DNA from: the human T2T-CHM13v2.0 reference genome, Homo sapiens | Length of the DNA stretch: 64,000 nt | Reading direction: 5' to 3' (one strand) | Assembly: GCF_009914755.1 (NCBI RefSeq) | Contig: NC_060926.1 | Part shown: one piece after another, positions 28,100 to 44,142 of the stretch | Position numbering within the stretch: the stretch's first letter is position 1 | Layout: the number at the start of each line of letters is the position of its first letter | Program-made: the position numbers and the translations under genes | Notes under the pieces: model-generated | Databases searched by the model: none | Seen by the model: the letters and a program-made list of their open reading frames with translations, nothing else | What the model was told of the DNA's origin: nothing

Positions 28100-31000
28100 A
28101 TAATGTTCTATCTGTGGGATCATATGTGTGTAACATTTTGGAATTTTTTCACTCACCATAATTTCCGAGAGATTCACTCAGTTGTTGCAAGAGTTTGTTC
28201 CTTTGTATTGATTAGTAGCATCTGATGGTATGGATGTAAGGGTTTTTTTTTTTTAATCATTCACATCTAGGCAGTTTCCAGTTTTAGGCTTGTACAAGTA
28301 GAGCTGCCACAAACATTCATGTACAGATTTTTGTGTGACCATAAGTTTTCATTTCTCTGGGACAAACGCCCAGGAATGCAATTGCGGGGTCATATGTTGC
28401 ATGTTTGGTTTTATAAAGAAGTATTTTCCAGACGATTTTCCAGAGTGGCTGTACCATTTTACATTCCCACCAGCAGTGTATGGGAGATCCTGTTTCTCAC
28501 CTTTCTCACCAGCATATGCTGCTGTCACCTATTTTAAATTTTGTCCATTCTGATAGGTGCATCGTGATATTTCATTGTGGTCCTAATTTGCACTTCCTTA
28601 ATAGCTAATGATGTTGAACATCTTTTCATGCACTTATTTGCCATCTGTATATCCTCTCTCATAAAGTATCTCTTCACATATTTTGCCCATTTTCTAACTG
28701 AATTGTTTATTCCATTACTGTTGAGTTTTAAAAGTTCTTTATATATTCCAGAGACTAGTCCTTTGTCAGATGTGTGATTTGCAAATATTTTCTCCCATTC
28801 TGTAGCTTGTGTTTTTATCTTATCAGGGTCTTCCACAAAGCAAACATTTTTAATTTTGAAAAATTTCAGTTTATTACTTTTTCCTTTTATGAGTCAGGTT
28901 TTTGGTGTCCAGGCTAAGAATTCCATATTAATGTATCTATATTCTTCTTGAGCATACTCTTTGGACAGTTTTGTTACTGGCTGCTCTATGTATTATGGTA
29001 TATACATAATTTATTACAGTTTATTGGGTCTTCATTTTAACAGTTTGAGTGAAGTATAGAAACTATGCCTCCCTTTATATTGTTTTACCCTTTTGTTTAC
29101 AATATCATTGCTTTAAATATTTACATATAATAGGAACACATCAGACAGTTCTAAAATTTTTGTATCCAGCATCATTTAGAAAACCCAAGAAGAGAAACAA
29201 AGTCTAGGGTATTTACCAATTTTGGTTTACCATGTCCTTTTTCCCTTCTTGACATTCTGAACATTCTTCCTTTTGCTTTCTTTCTGTTTAATTAACCCCC
29301 ATTAGCTATTCTTTTAGGGAAGGTCTGCTAGTGACAGATTCTTAGTTTCCCAATATCTGAAAGTCCTGATTTCCCCTATTTCTGAAGGATAATTTCACTG
29401 GCTATAGGATTCCGGGTTGATGACTTTTCCTTTCTCTTTTTTTTTGTTTTGAGACAGGGTCTCACTCAGTCACCCAGGCTGGAATGCCTTGGGGCAATCT
29501 CGGCTCCACTGCTGCCTCTGTCTCCAGTGGTCAAGCAATCCTCCTGCCTCAGCCTCCTGAGTAGCTGGGACGACGGTGCCTGCTACCTTGCTCAGTTAAT
29601 TATTTTGTCTTTTTTGTAGAGACAAGGTTTCTCCACTGATAGTTTTTCTCTTTCAGCTCTTCTGGCCCCATGGTTTTGAGGAGAGTTGCTGCTGCTCACA
29701 GGTTTTCTTCCTAAAGACAAGGTCTTTTTTCTCCCTTACTGCTTTCAGGTCAGGTTTTTTTTTTACTTAATTTTCCATAAGTTTTACGCTACTGTGTTTT
29801 CATGTGGATTCCTTTGGGTTTATTCTGTTTGAGTTTTACTCACCTTCTTGAATCTATAGGTTTATTCTTTTGCCAGACTTGGGAAATTTTCAGCCATTAT
29901 TTTATCAAGTACATTTCCAGCCCCACCCTCATTCTCCTACCTCCAGGGTCCCAAGGACACAGGTTGGATCTTTTGTCGTAGTCCCACGAGGCCCTGAGTC
30001 TCTGTTTATTTTTTCTTTCTATTGTCTCCCCATGTTTCAAATTAGGAATTTCTATTTTTGTTTCTTCCATTGCACACATCTTTCCTCTGTCCCCCTTATT
30101 CTGCTTTGAGCCTATCCAGTGAGGTTTATTTTTTAACATCTGTTACTGTGTTTTTCAGTTGTAAGAAGATTTTCATTTGGTTCTTTTTAATTTTTATTTC
30201 TTTGCTGAGACTTTTTTTTTCATTTGTTCCAAGCATTTTCATCATTGCTCATTGGACCAACTTTTAAGCTGGCTGGTCTGTGTGTGGTCATCTCAGCATC
30301 GCCAACATCACGGTGCTGGTGTATATTGATTGCCACTTGTCATTTACTTTGAAATCTTCCCGGTTCTCTGTGTGCCATATGATTTTCATTTGAAACCTGA
30401 ATATTGTGGGTGTGATTTGATGAGACTCTGAATCTTGTTTAAACCCCCATTTTAGCTGTCTTTCTCAGATACTACTCCCCCAGGGAAATGAATGGCACTA
30501 CCGCATTATTTCAGGGGAGGATAGACGTCAAAGTCCCCCATTCAACCTCTGTTGGTACCTGAGCAGGGAGGAGTTCACAGACACTGCTGGGCAGTGTTGG
30601 GAATCCAGCTTTCTCTGGTCAGCTATTCCCAGCCAGCAGGAATAGGAGCATCCCATCGCTGCTCCTTTGCCACTTCCAGCCTTGTCAGTGCTGGGCGGAG
30701 GGGATGGCCCTGACCCTCTCGTCAGTCCCTTCTAACACCCCGCAGTCAGGGGGTGCCTCATTAGCCAGGTGGGGTGGAAACTGAGATTCCTCACTCAGAC
30801 TCTGCTGGCACGGGTGAGGATGGGGCTTCTGGTTTTTCTGTGTTGTTTCACTGGGAGTTTTGTCCATCTCAGCTGCCCCCTTTCTGGTCCCTTTTGGCTA
30901 GAGAGGGCAAGCTTTTGAGGGGGCTTTTTAGTCTGTTCTCATGGGCTTCCCAGGTGGCCTATAAGTCTGGGATATACAAGGCAAATAGGAAACCCAGGGA

Positions 31001-31160
31001 TCTCACTGCCCACTCTTTCCTCGTGTCCTGAGCTCTCTAGCCAGCCTGCCTTCTTCTTAGGCTGGTTTTGTACACCATGCCCAAGGCTTTTAGTTGTACT
31101 GAGAGGGAATAACAGCGGAAACCTTGTCTACTTCATCTTCCCAGGAGCAGAAGTCCAGAA
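28100..31160 (-). mobile_element. Old L1M: ORF2 3' part (28100-28920) adjoining L1M ORF1/5'UTR (28930-31160)
   Basis: ORF 28534-28836 'WEKIFANHTSDKGLVSGIYKELLKLN...[22 protein letters not shown]' is L1 ORF2p C-terminal; terminus 'catcttcccaggagcagaagtc'. Confidence 0.8.
29425..29636 (-). mobile_element. Truncated AluJ-like element
   Basis: 'gagacagggtctcactcagtcacccaggctgg...tcaagcaatcctcctgcctcagcctcc'. Confidence 0.85.
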
Positions 31161-31929
31161 AAAAGCAGCAAATATTGTTTTAATGGGATAAAAGCCCATA
31201 TGGGAAAATCAGTCATCAATAAACAAACCGTTAAGCTAAGAAGGGAAATGGCAACATCAGCAAAATCTGGTAATTTACTGCGGGCCGATGGCCACCGGAA
31301 AGGAAGTCGGGCTGATGTGCGAGCACACACATGGTTCAGGGAGAGCCATGGATTTGCGGGGTGTCTGGCCTGTTGTTGTTTTGAGGGTGGGAACTGGAGG
31401 GCTCAATGCACAATAAAATGAAGACAGAGTCACTTATTTCCCGATTGGCTCCATTTTATATACTCATGAGAGTGATTTTCTGTTTAGAAAAGGTCATCCG
31501 AATCTGGGAGACAAGGGGATCAAGTTCCAGGAAGGGGAGAAGGTCGTAATAGAGCACCCAGAATCAATGGAGGGGGAAGGCCTCCCAGCCCAGACTTGGG
31601 GTTCAAGCATATAAAGTAACTACCATTAATGATTACAGCACCACAGCCTATAATTTTTGAGAAGTGGCAAATAATTTGGCCAACTGAGAAATGCTTGGGG
31701 CCAAAATTGTTATCACAGCTTTAACAAAGCTAGTAGAGGAGCAAACTGAACTGCAGACTAGCAGGTCCTCCAACCCAGGGACAGTTTTATGCAGATCATT
31801 AAGCAGCTTCTTTTGAGTAATTAGAACAAAAATAAATAGCCATAGTTCAGAAACAGCACATGCACACCTAGAACAGACTGGACTCAACCTGTCTTTTTGA
31901 TGTTTTCATGATCAATTTTTAAATTGATT

Positions 31930-32145
31930 GAATTAATACATCCACATAGTGCTATGAATATTAACTTGTTCAATCTTTTTAACAACCCTAATGGGTAGGT
32001 ACTGTGATTATCCCATTTATCCATTGAAAGAACTGACACACAGATGACCTAAGTAACTTGCCCAAGGTCACATGGGCAGCCAGTCACAGAGCCAGAAGTC
32101 AAAACCAGGCAGTTTGGTTCCAGAGTCCAGATTCTTAACTTCATC
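31930..32145 (-). mobile_element. MIR SINE
   Basis: 'attatcccattt...aagtaacttgcccaaggtcaca...ccaggcagtttggttccagagtcc'. Confidence 0.75.
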
Positions 32146-32219
32146 AAATCTAGCCTCAACACAGCGCACCACAATGGTCACAATATCTCTGGAAAGCAAA
32201 AAGTCATCTGAGTCAAAAG

Positions 32220-32400
32220 ATGAATTAAAGGCAGAATGCAACTAGCATTTGCTGAGCATCTATTGTGGGCCAGGAATGCTGCCAGGCCTGGGAATATAGC
32301 TGTGAATAACCCAGAAACATCAGCCACAGCCCAAGGGAAGATGCAGATGAGGAAATGACCACCACCATATCATGTAAGTGCAGCAGCCCTGATGGTAAGA
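32220..32400 (-). mobile_element. L2 3' fragment
   Basis: 'gcatttgctgagcatctattgtgggccaggaatgctgccaggcctgggaatatagctgtgaa'. Confidence 0.6.
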
Positions 32401-32618
32401 GCAGGGAAGCCCAGGGAGAGCCGGCTGATAAAGACATCCGGCTCCTGTTTTGACCAGCTGACCTTTACACTCCAACCAAACACAGCATGGATTTAAAGAC
32501 TACACCTAGGGACAAACAGTGCAGGCCCATTCATTCCTCCCTGCATCTCCTGACTAAGCAGAACCCTGGAAATAATTCAAAAGACAATCAAGGAGAGGCC
32601 TAAAAAGATGGTAAGAAG

Positions 32619-32994
<376 letters not shown>

Positions 32995-34596
32995 TCAATC
33001 TAAGAAGCTGCCTCAGAACCAGTATTTTTCTGCCCCTGATCTAGCAACAGAAGGTAGTCCAGGTAGGTTCATCCCTACTCAGGATCAAAGAGGAATGCAT
33101 CTGACAACATGAGGTGAACCCATCAGCACTATTAAAGGGTATCAGTTGGAAACTTCACCAACAATAGGCTAAGGGAAGCACTGTACTTTCCTGCCAGATC
33201 CAAGACTTCTTTCCCCTGCCAAGAGATACCAGGGCAGGCAGAAGCATCTAATTGGAGGGACCCAGAGACAAGCAACATGGTCCAGGAAGCCCCTAGGAAG
33301 AAGCCCATGGGCCAAAAAATCTACTGCAATCCTAGCCAGAGGCACCTCATCACAACAAGCAGCTCAGTCCAGGAATTATTTTTGACATCACCCTTCTAAG
33401 ACACTTCTCCCCTTCTGGAGACATGGGATGGGAAAGTGGAGCCAGTTCATAGCAAGCAAGACAGGCTGGAATGCCCCGTTCACTTCATGAGCATCATGAA
33501 CCTAAAAGTCCTGAAACTCCCCTCTTCCCCCAGAAAGCATGAACAGGTGGACAGGCTCAGTAAGAGAGACCTAACCATAGCAAGGAAGATTCTTTGACCT
33601 TGCAGTCTTGAGATTCCCCTTCCCTGGCTACAGACAATGGGGAAAGCACAGTGCAGCATGCCTTACATCCCCCCACCAAATCTAGGAAGTTGCCTCAGAC
33701 CCAGCATTTTTCTGCCCCCAACCTAGCAACAGAAGGCAGTCCAGGTAGGTTCATCCCTCTTAAGGGTCAAACAAGAATGCATCTGACAACATGAGGTGAA
33801 CCCATCACCACCATTTAAGAATATCAGTTGGGCTGACCCCTGGGCAGCCAGGGGTCATCAGTGGGAGGAGTCCCACCAAACTCCCTGACCAAGAGAGGCT
33901 TAGCCACTCAGCCTGGGGAAACCCTGTCTTCTATCTTAGGCAGCACCAGAAAAGTCCAGTGGGTCCAGATAAATCACGTAAACCAAAACAACACTGCAAA
34001 GACTTAAAAAATTAAATTACCATTGTAACCTCAAAAGCAGTTCAAGACCTGAATGCTAAACCTAAACAGAATGATTGCCTGTTAAAACAAAAGATTTAAA
34101 TAATTCCTATAGTCTCCTAACATAACAGATAAAATATCCAGGATACAATAAAAAATGACCCACCATACCAAGAACCAAGAAAATCACAACTCAAATGAGT
34201 AAAGATAATCAACTGAGTCCAACATCAAGATTAAACAGATGTTAAAATTATCTGATAAGGGTTCTAAAGCAGCCATTTAAAAATGCTTACATAATCAATT
34301 ACAAATTCTCTTGAAACTAATAAAAAACGTAAAATATTAGCAGGGAAATAGAAGCTATAAAAAAGAAACAAATGGGAATTATACACCTAGAAACCAAATA
34401 ACAGAAATTTTTAAAATCACTACATTTATTCAAAAGTCAAGTGGAAATGAGAGAACATAGACTCAATCAACTTGAGGCTAGATCAATAGACTACAAAATC
34501 TGAGCAACAAAGAGAAAATAGACTGAAGAAAACTGAACATAGCCTCAGGCATGTGTGAGAGAATAACAACAGCAACAAAAATCTTTTTTTTTTTTT

Positions 34597-34726
34597 CTTT
34601 TTTTATTTTTTATTTATTTATTTATTTTATTATACTTCAAGTTCTAGGGTACATGTGCACAACGTGCAAGTTTGATACATAGGTATACATGTGCCATGTT
34701 GGTTTCCTACACCCATCAACTTGTCA
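34597..34726 (-). mobile_element. Older L1PA (PA6/PA7-like) 3' terminus carried as a 3' transduction of the L1HS
   Basis: Minus strand reads atgacaagttgatggg...catggcacatgtatacctatgtatcaaacttgcacgttgtgcacatgtaccctagaacttgaagtataat(aaat)n, lying between two poly(A) tracts inside the L1HS TSD. Confidence 0.75.
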
Positions 34727-34945
34727 TTTTTTTTTTTTTTATTATACTCTAAGTTTTAGGGTACATGTGCACATTGTGCAGGTTAGTTACATATGTATAC
34801 ATGTGCCATGCTGGTGCGCTGCACCCACTAATGTGTCATCTAGCATTAGGTATATCTCCCAATGCTATCCCTCCCCCCTCCCCCGACCCCACCACAGTCC
34901 CCAGAGTGTGATATTCCCCTTCCTGTGTCCATGTGATCTCATTGT

Positions 34946-38768
<3,823 letters not shown>

Positions 38769-38831
38769 TATGATGTTAGCTGGTGATTTTGCTCATTAGT
38801 TGATGCAGTTTCTTCCTAGTCTCGATGGTCT

Positions 38832-39848
38832 TTACATTTTGGCATGATTTTGCAGCGGCTGGTACCGGTTGTTCCTTTCCATGTTTAGCGCTTCCTTCAG
38901 GAGCTCTTTTAGGGCAGGCTTGGTGGTGACAAAATCTCTCAGCACTTGTTTGTCTGTAAAGGATTTTATTTCTCCTTCACTTATGAAGCTTAGTTTGGCT
39001 GGATATGAAATTCTGGGTTGAAAATTCTTTTCTTTAAGAATGTTGAATATTGGCCCCCACTCTCTTCTGGCTTGTAGGGTTTCTGCCGAGAGATCCGCTG
39101 TTAGTCTGATGGGCTTTCCTTTGAGGGTAACCCGACCTTTCTCTCTGGCTGCCCTTAACATTTTTTCCTTCATTTCAACTTTGGTGAATCTGACAATTAT
39201 GTGTCTTGGAGTTGCTCTTCTCGAGGAGTATCTTTGTGGCGTTCTCTGTATTTCCTGAATCTGAACGTTGGCCTGCCTTGCTAGATTGGGGAAGTTCTCC
39301 TGGATAATATCCTGCAGAGTGTTTTCCAACTTGGTTCCATTCTCCACATCACTTTCAGGTACACCAATCAGACGTAGATTTGGTCTTTTCACATAGTCCC
39401 ATATTTCTTGGAGGCTTTGTTCATTTCTTTTTATTCTTTTTTCTCTAAACTTCCCTTCTCACTTCATTTCATTCATTTCATCTTCCATTGCTGATACCCT
39501 TTCTTCCAGTTGATCGCATCGGCTCCTGAGGCTTCTGCATTCTTCACGTAGTTCTTGAGCCTTGGTTTTCAGCTCCATCAGCTCCTTTAAGCACTTCTCT
39601 GTATTGGTTATTCTAGTTATACATTCTTCTAAATTTTTTTCAAAGTTTTCATCTTCTTTGCCTTTGGTTTGAATGTCCTCCCGTAGCTCAGAGTAATTTG
39701 ATCGTCTGAAGCCTTCTTCTCTCAGCTCGTCAAAATAATTCTCCATCCAGCTTTGTTCTGTTGCTGGTGAGGAACTGCGTTCCTTTGGAGGAGGAGAGGC
39801 GCTCTGCGTTTTAGAGTTTCCAGTTTTTCTGTTCTGTTTTTTCCCCAT
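38832..39848 (-). pseudogene. L1 ORF1p with in-frame nonsense codon R130* (CGA>TGA at 39459-39461)
   Basis: Span 1017 nt = 338 codons + stop; MGKKQNRKTGNSK...EMK*EGKF...NHAKM. Confidence 0.95.
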
Positions 39849-40740
39849 CTTTGTGGTTTTATCTACTTTTGGTCTTTGATGATGGTGATGTACAGATGGG
39901 TTTTCGGTATAGATGTCCTTTCTGGTTGTTAGTTTTCCTTCTAACAGACAGGACCCTCAGCTGCAGGTCTGTTGGAATACCCTGCCGTGTGAGGTGTCAG
40001 TGTGCCCCTGCTGGGGGCTGCCTCCCAGTTAGGCTGCTCGGGGGTCAGGGGTCAGGGACCCACTTGAGGAGGCAGTCTGCCCGTTCTCAGATCTCCAGCT
40101 GCGTGCTGGGAGAACCACTGCTCTCTTCAAAGCTGTCAGACAGGGACACTTAAGTCTGCAGAGGTTACTGCTGTCTTTTTGTTTGTCTGTGCCCTGCCCC
40201 CAGAGGTGGAGCCTACAGAGGCAGGCTGGCCTCCTTGAGCTGTGGTGGGCTCCACCCAGTTCGAGCTTCCCGGCTGCTTTGTTTACCTAAGCAAGCCTGG
40301 GCAATGGCGGGCGCCCCTCCCCCAGCCTCGTTGCCGCCTTGCAGTTTGATCTCAGACTGCTGTGCTAGCAATCAGCGAGATTCCGTGGGCGTAGGACCCT
40401 CTGAGCCAGGTGTGGGATATAGTCTCGTGGTGCGCCGTTTCTTAAGCCGGTCTGAAAAGCGCAATATTCGGGTGGGAGTGACCCGATTTTCCAGGTGCGT
40501 CCGTCACCCCTTTCTTTGACTCGGAAAGGGAACTCCCTGACCCCTTGCGCTTCCCAGGTGAGGCAATGCCTCGCCCTGCTTCGGCTCGCGCACGGTGCGC
40601 ACACACACTGGCCTGCGCCCACTGTCTGGCACTCCCTAGTGAGATGAACCCGGTACCTCAGATGGAAATGCAGAAATCACCCGTCTTCTGCGTCGCTCAC
40701 GCTGGGAGCTGTAGACCGGAGCTGTCCCTATTCGGCCATC
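39849..40740 (-). promoter_or_regulatory. L1HS 5'UTR: CpG-rich internal sense promoter and antisense promoter
   Basis: Canonical 5'UTR starting GATGGCCGAATAGG...; high CpG density. Confidence 0.85.
40304..40519 (+). CDS. L1 ORF0 (71-aa antisense ORF), intact
   Basis: gcaATGGcg start; MAGAPPPASLPPCSLISDCCASNQRDSVGVGPSEPGVGYSLVVRRFLSRSEKRNIRVGVTRFSRCVRHPFL*; expression at this locus unknown. Confidence 0.75.
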   Translation: MAGAPPPASLPPCSLISDCCASNQRDSVGVGPSEPGVGYSLVVRRFLSRSEKRNIRVGVTRFSRCVRHPFL

Positions 40741-40747
40741 AAAAATC

Positions 40748-41407
40748 TTTTTTTTTTTGGATTAATATTTTTATTTAGAAAGAATGACATTTTTTACCCC
40801 ATCCTCAGATTCAGGACTCAATCACTCAATAAACATATATTTATTTAAGAATCAATTTTTTCAATGTTCTTTTCCAAGCTCTGTGGATGATACAAAGATG
40901 AAACAAGTATAGATCTAAAGACTCCTGTGTATAATAGAGTGCAATAGTCCTCTTATAGTACCTGATACTTCTGCTTCATAGCTTTAGCAGGATGGTTATA
41001 ATTATTTCTACAACTATTTGTCTAATGCTATCTAATGCTCTAGTAATTTCACAAATTCTATTTAGGTTACAGGCTGTACCTATTTTCATGACTACATCCT
41101 CAACAGCAAATACCCTGCCTGATATCTAGCAGGGGATGTTCAACAATTATGTGTTGAGTAAATTATAAAAGAAGAAAACTACTATGGTAGTCAGAGAGGG
41201 AGACAATCTTTCCAAACAAATGTATGCTTCTTTAGATTTGTACCTCCTTTTGCACTGACAATATTTATCTGGTCACATTTTTGTTTGCAATGTGAGAGAC
41301 TCTCCTTGTATAGGAGAGACTATGCTTATTTTATTTAATTTTATATCCCCAAGCACTAGCCTAGTGCCTGACACACATGAGCTCAATAAATATTTGTTGA
41401 ATCAGTG
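40748..41407 (-). other. Orphan polyadenylated retroposed segment (non-L1 sequence containing L2 remnants)
   Basis: Minus-strand AATAAA (40770-40775) 11 nt before the poly(A); TSD cagcaacaaaaatct at 34570-34584 and 41408-41422; L2 3'-end motif 'cctagtgcctgacacacatgagctcaataaatatttgttgaa'. Confidence 0.75.
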
Positions 41408-44142
41408 CAGCAACAAAAATCTAACATTCATATCGCTGAAGTTCCAGAAAGAGAGGATAAAGAGAATGAGAATGAATTCATGTTTGAAGAAATAATGGTC
41501 GAAAACTTCCAAAATTTAGTAAAAGCCTCAATCCTACGGCTCCAAGAAGCTGAGTGAACTCAGATAGACTGAATTAGTGATTGAGAAAATATGGCTGAAA
41601 ACTTCCCAAATTTAGCAAAAGGCTCAAGCCTGCAGCTCCAATAAGCTGAACCCAAAACAGGATAAATCCCAACACATCCATGCCAAGCTACATCAAAATA
41701 GAACTTTTGAAAACTAAACACACTGATAAATCTTGAAAGCAGCCAGAGAAAAACAACACATTACCTACAAAAGAATAACAATGTGAATGACAGATTTCTC
41801 ATCTAACCTTGGTGGCCAGAAGAACACAACATTCTTTAAGTCTTAAAAAAAATATATGTCAACTAAAAATTTCATATCCAGCAAAACTCTCCTTTAGGAA
41901 CAAGAAGAAAATTAAAACATCCTCAGATAAAGAAAAGCTTAAGAATTTGTAGTTTGCTTACATGCTCTTGAAGATTGATTAAAGGGAGTCCTTCAGATAG
42001 AAAGAAAATGACAAATGGAAGAATCTTAAAGCATCAGGGAAAAAAAGGAACATAGAACAACCATAAATGTGGGTAAAAATATTAGACTATTCTTTTACTC
42101 TTTAATTTTATAAATTATATTTGATAATTGAATAAAAATCATAATTCCATTAAATATTCAGGACAATAAAAACTGGTGAATACCTAAGGACTTAAATGGA
42201 AGCCAACTTTCAACATTTCACTCAAAGTGGTAAAATGTTGAAACCAGTGGAATGTTATAGGCCACAAATGTATACTGTAATAATAAGAGCAACAGCTATA
42301 AAAACTAGTTTAAAAGATATGCTCAAAAACATTACAAATCAAGCAGGATGGAATTCTTTAAAAAATATTCAAATAATCTGCAAGAAGGGAAGACAGAAGA
42401 AGCAGGAGGATAAAAACCAGAAGAAATAAACATAACACAAATAATAAAATGGTAGACTTACGCGGTAACACAGAAATTACATTAAATGCAAATGATCTAA
42501 ATACACCTATCAAGAGACAGAGATTGGCAGAGTAGATATAGAACCATGACCCAATTATATGCTGATTATAGGAAACTCACTTCAAATTCAATGACATACA
42601 TGAGTTCAAAGCAAAAGAATGGAAAATTGTACCATAAAAACATTTATTTTAACAGGCAAATGTAGCTATATTAATATCTGATAAGGTACAGTTGAGAGCA
42701 AAGAAACTTAAGGAAGACACAGAGAAAGATTACATAATCACAAGTAGAATCAATCTGCTAGAAAGACATAATGATCCGAAATTCAACAAACAGAGTCTCA
42801 AAAACATGTTATTTAAAAAATTAAAGAACTAAAAAAAGAAATAGACACATTTACAATTATAGGGTATTTAAATATCCCCCACCTCTCAGGAACATGCAGA
42901 ACTATTACACAGAAAATCAGCAGGGCATTTAACAAAGATCAAGCAACAGGACCTAATTAATATCTGCAGAAAACTCCAAGCAACAACAGGAGAATATATA
43001 TTCTTTTGAAATGCCCATAAAATGTTAAACAATATAGACTGTGTGCCAAGCTTAAACAAATCTTTAAAAAATGTATAGAATTTAAATTCTATACAGTGTC
43101 TTCTCTGACCACAATAGAATTAAAGTAGAAATTAATAACAGAAAGAAAAAAGGAAGATCTCTAAACATACGGAAATTTAAAAACACACTTCTAAATAGCC
43201 TACGTGTCAAACTGAAAGTCTGAAATTTTTTTTAATATTTAGATATAAATAAAAACATAAATGCGACACATCAGACATCAGCAAAAATAGTAGAGTAAGG
43301 ATTTCCACAAGCTCTATCCTCCATAAAAGCAATGAGAAAACTGGCCAAAACAGTAAGTTTTTCAGAACTCTAGATACTAAGCAAAGGCTTGCAGCAATCC
43401 TGAGTGTGAATTTAAGAAAAGCAGCTGAATCTCTGTGAGAATAGTGTGCTTTGTGGCATTTAACATGTCCATTTCCTGTTCTCTCTCTAATTTTGCAGGT
43501 TAAAAAAAAAAAAAAAAACAGCCGTTTGGCAGCAACTAGAGGAGGCACAATGTGGTCAGAGATCCTTCAAAGCCTCTTTCTCAAAGAATTGTCATTATTT
43601 GACTAGTCTGTTCATTTCCCAAAAGACTCTGCATGCAAGGCTGTCTTTTTGTGACCTGATTCAGAGCTTGTCCAGTGAAAAAAACCTTTTCCCAGGGGCA
43701 TTTGTTGAAGCCATTCATAGTCAATTTTTTAACTTTGTGACTGCCTAAAGAAGTGAATAACAGTGGAGGCTAATAATAGGCTAACCAAATGTTTAAAAGG
43801 AAAAGTGGGACATTGAGGTGTATATAGAGACTCTGTAAAGCTATGACATTTCTGGTAATCAGAAAGTTCTATACACATATATAGGGCTATGTGCATGCTC
43901 AAGAAACACCTGAGAAGGCCCTAAGGCCTTCTTACTTCTGTACTTTGAGGCTCTGCTCAAGCAGGAAGTAAAGGGTAAGGCAGGCTTGTTAAATGCCTGG
44001 CTGAATGTAAAAGGTGTGCCCGATATACAGAAAGAGCTCCTCAGCAAAGAATGGTGACTTATTGATACCATACGTTTAAGGAAATTTGTGTCCACTCTTT
44101 AGTTAACCATTAAGCGAAGTGAGCAGAAATTTTACTGGTCAC

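Noticed and set aside
31440-31465. CCAAT + TATA promoter
   Set aside because: Spacing and order are non-canonical and there is no downstream gene evidence.
40759-41407. 5' transduction belonging to the L1HS
   Set aside because: It has its own AATAAA + poly(A) and lies outside the inner TSD, so a prior insertion is more parsimonious; not fully excluded without orthologs.
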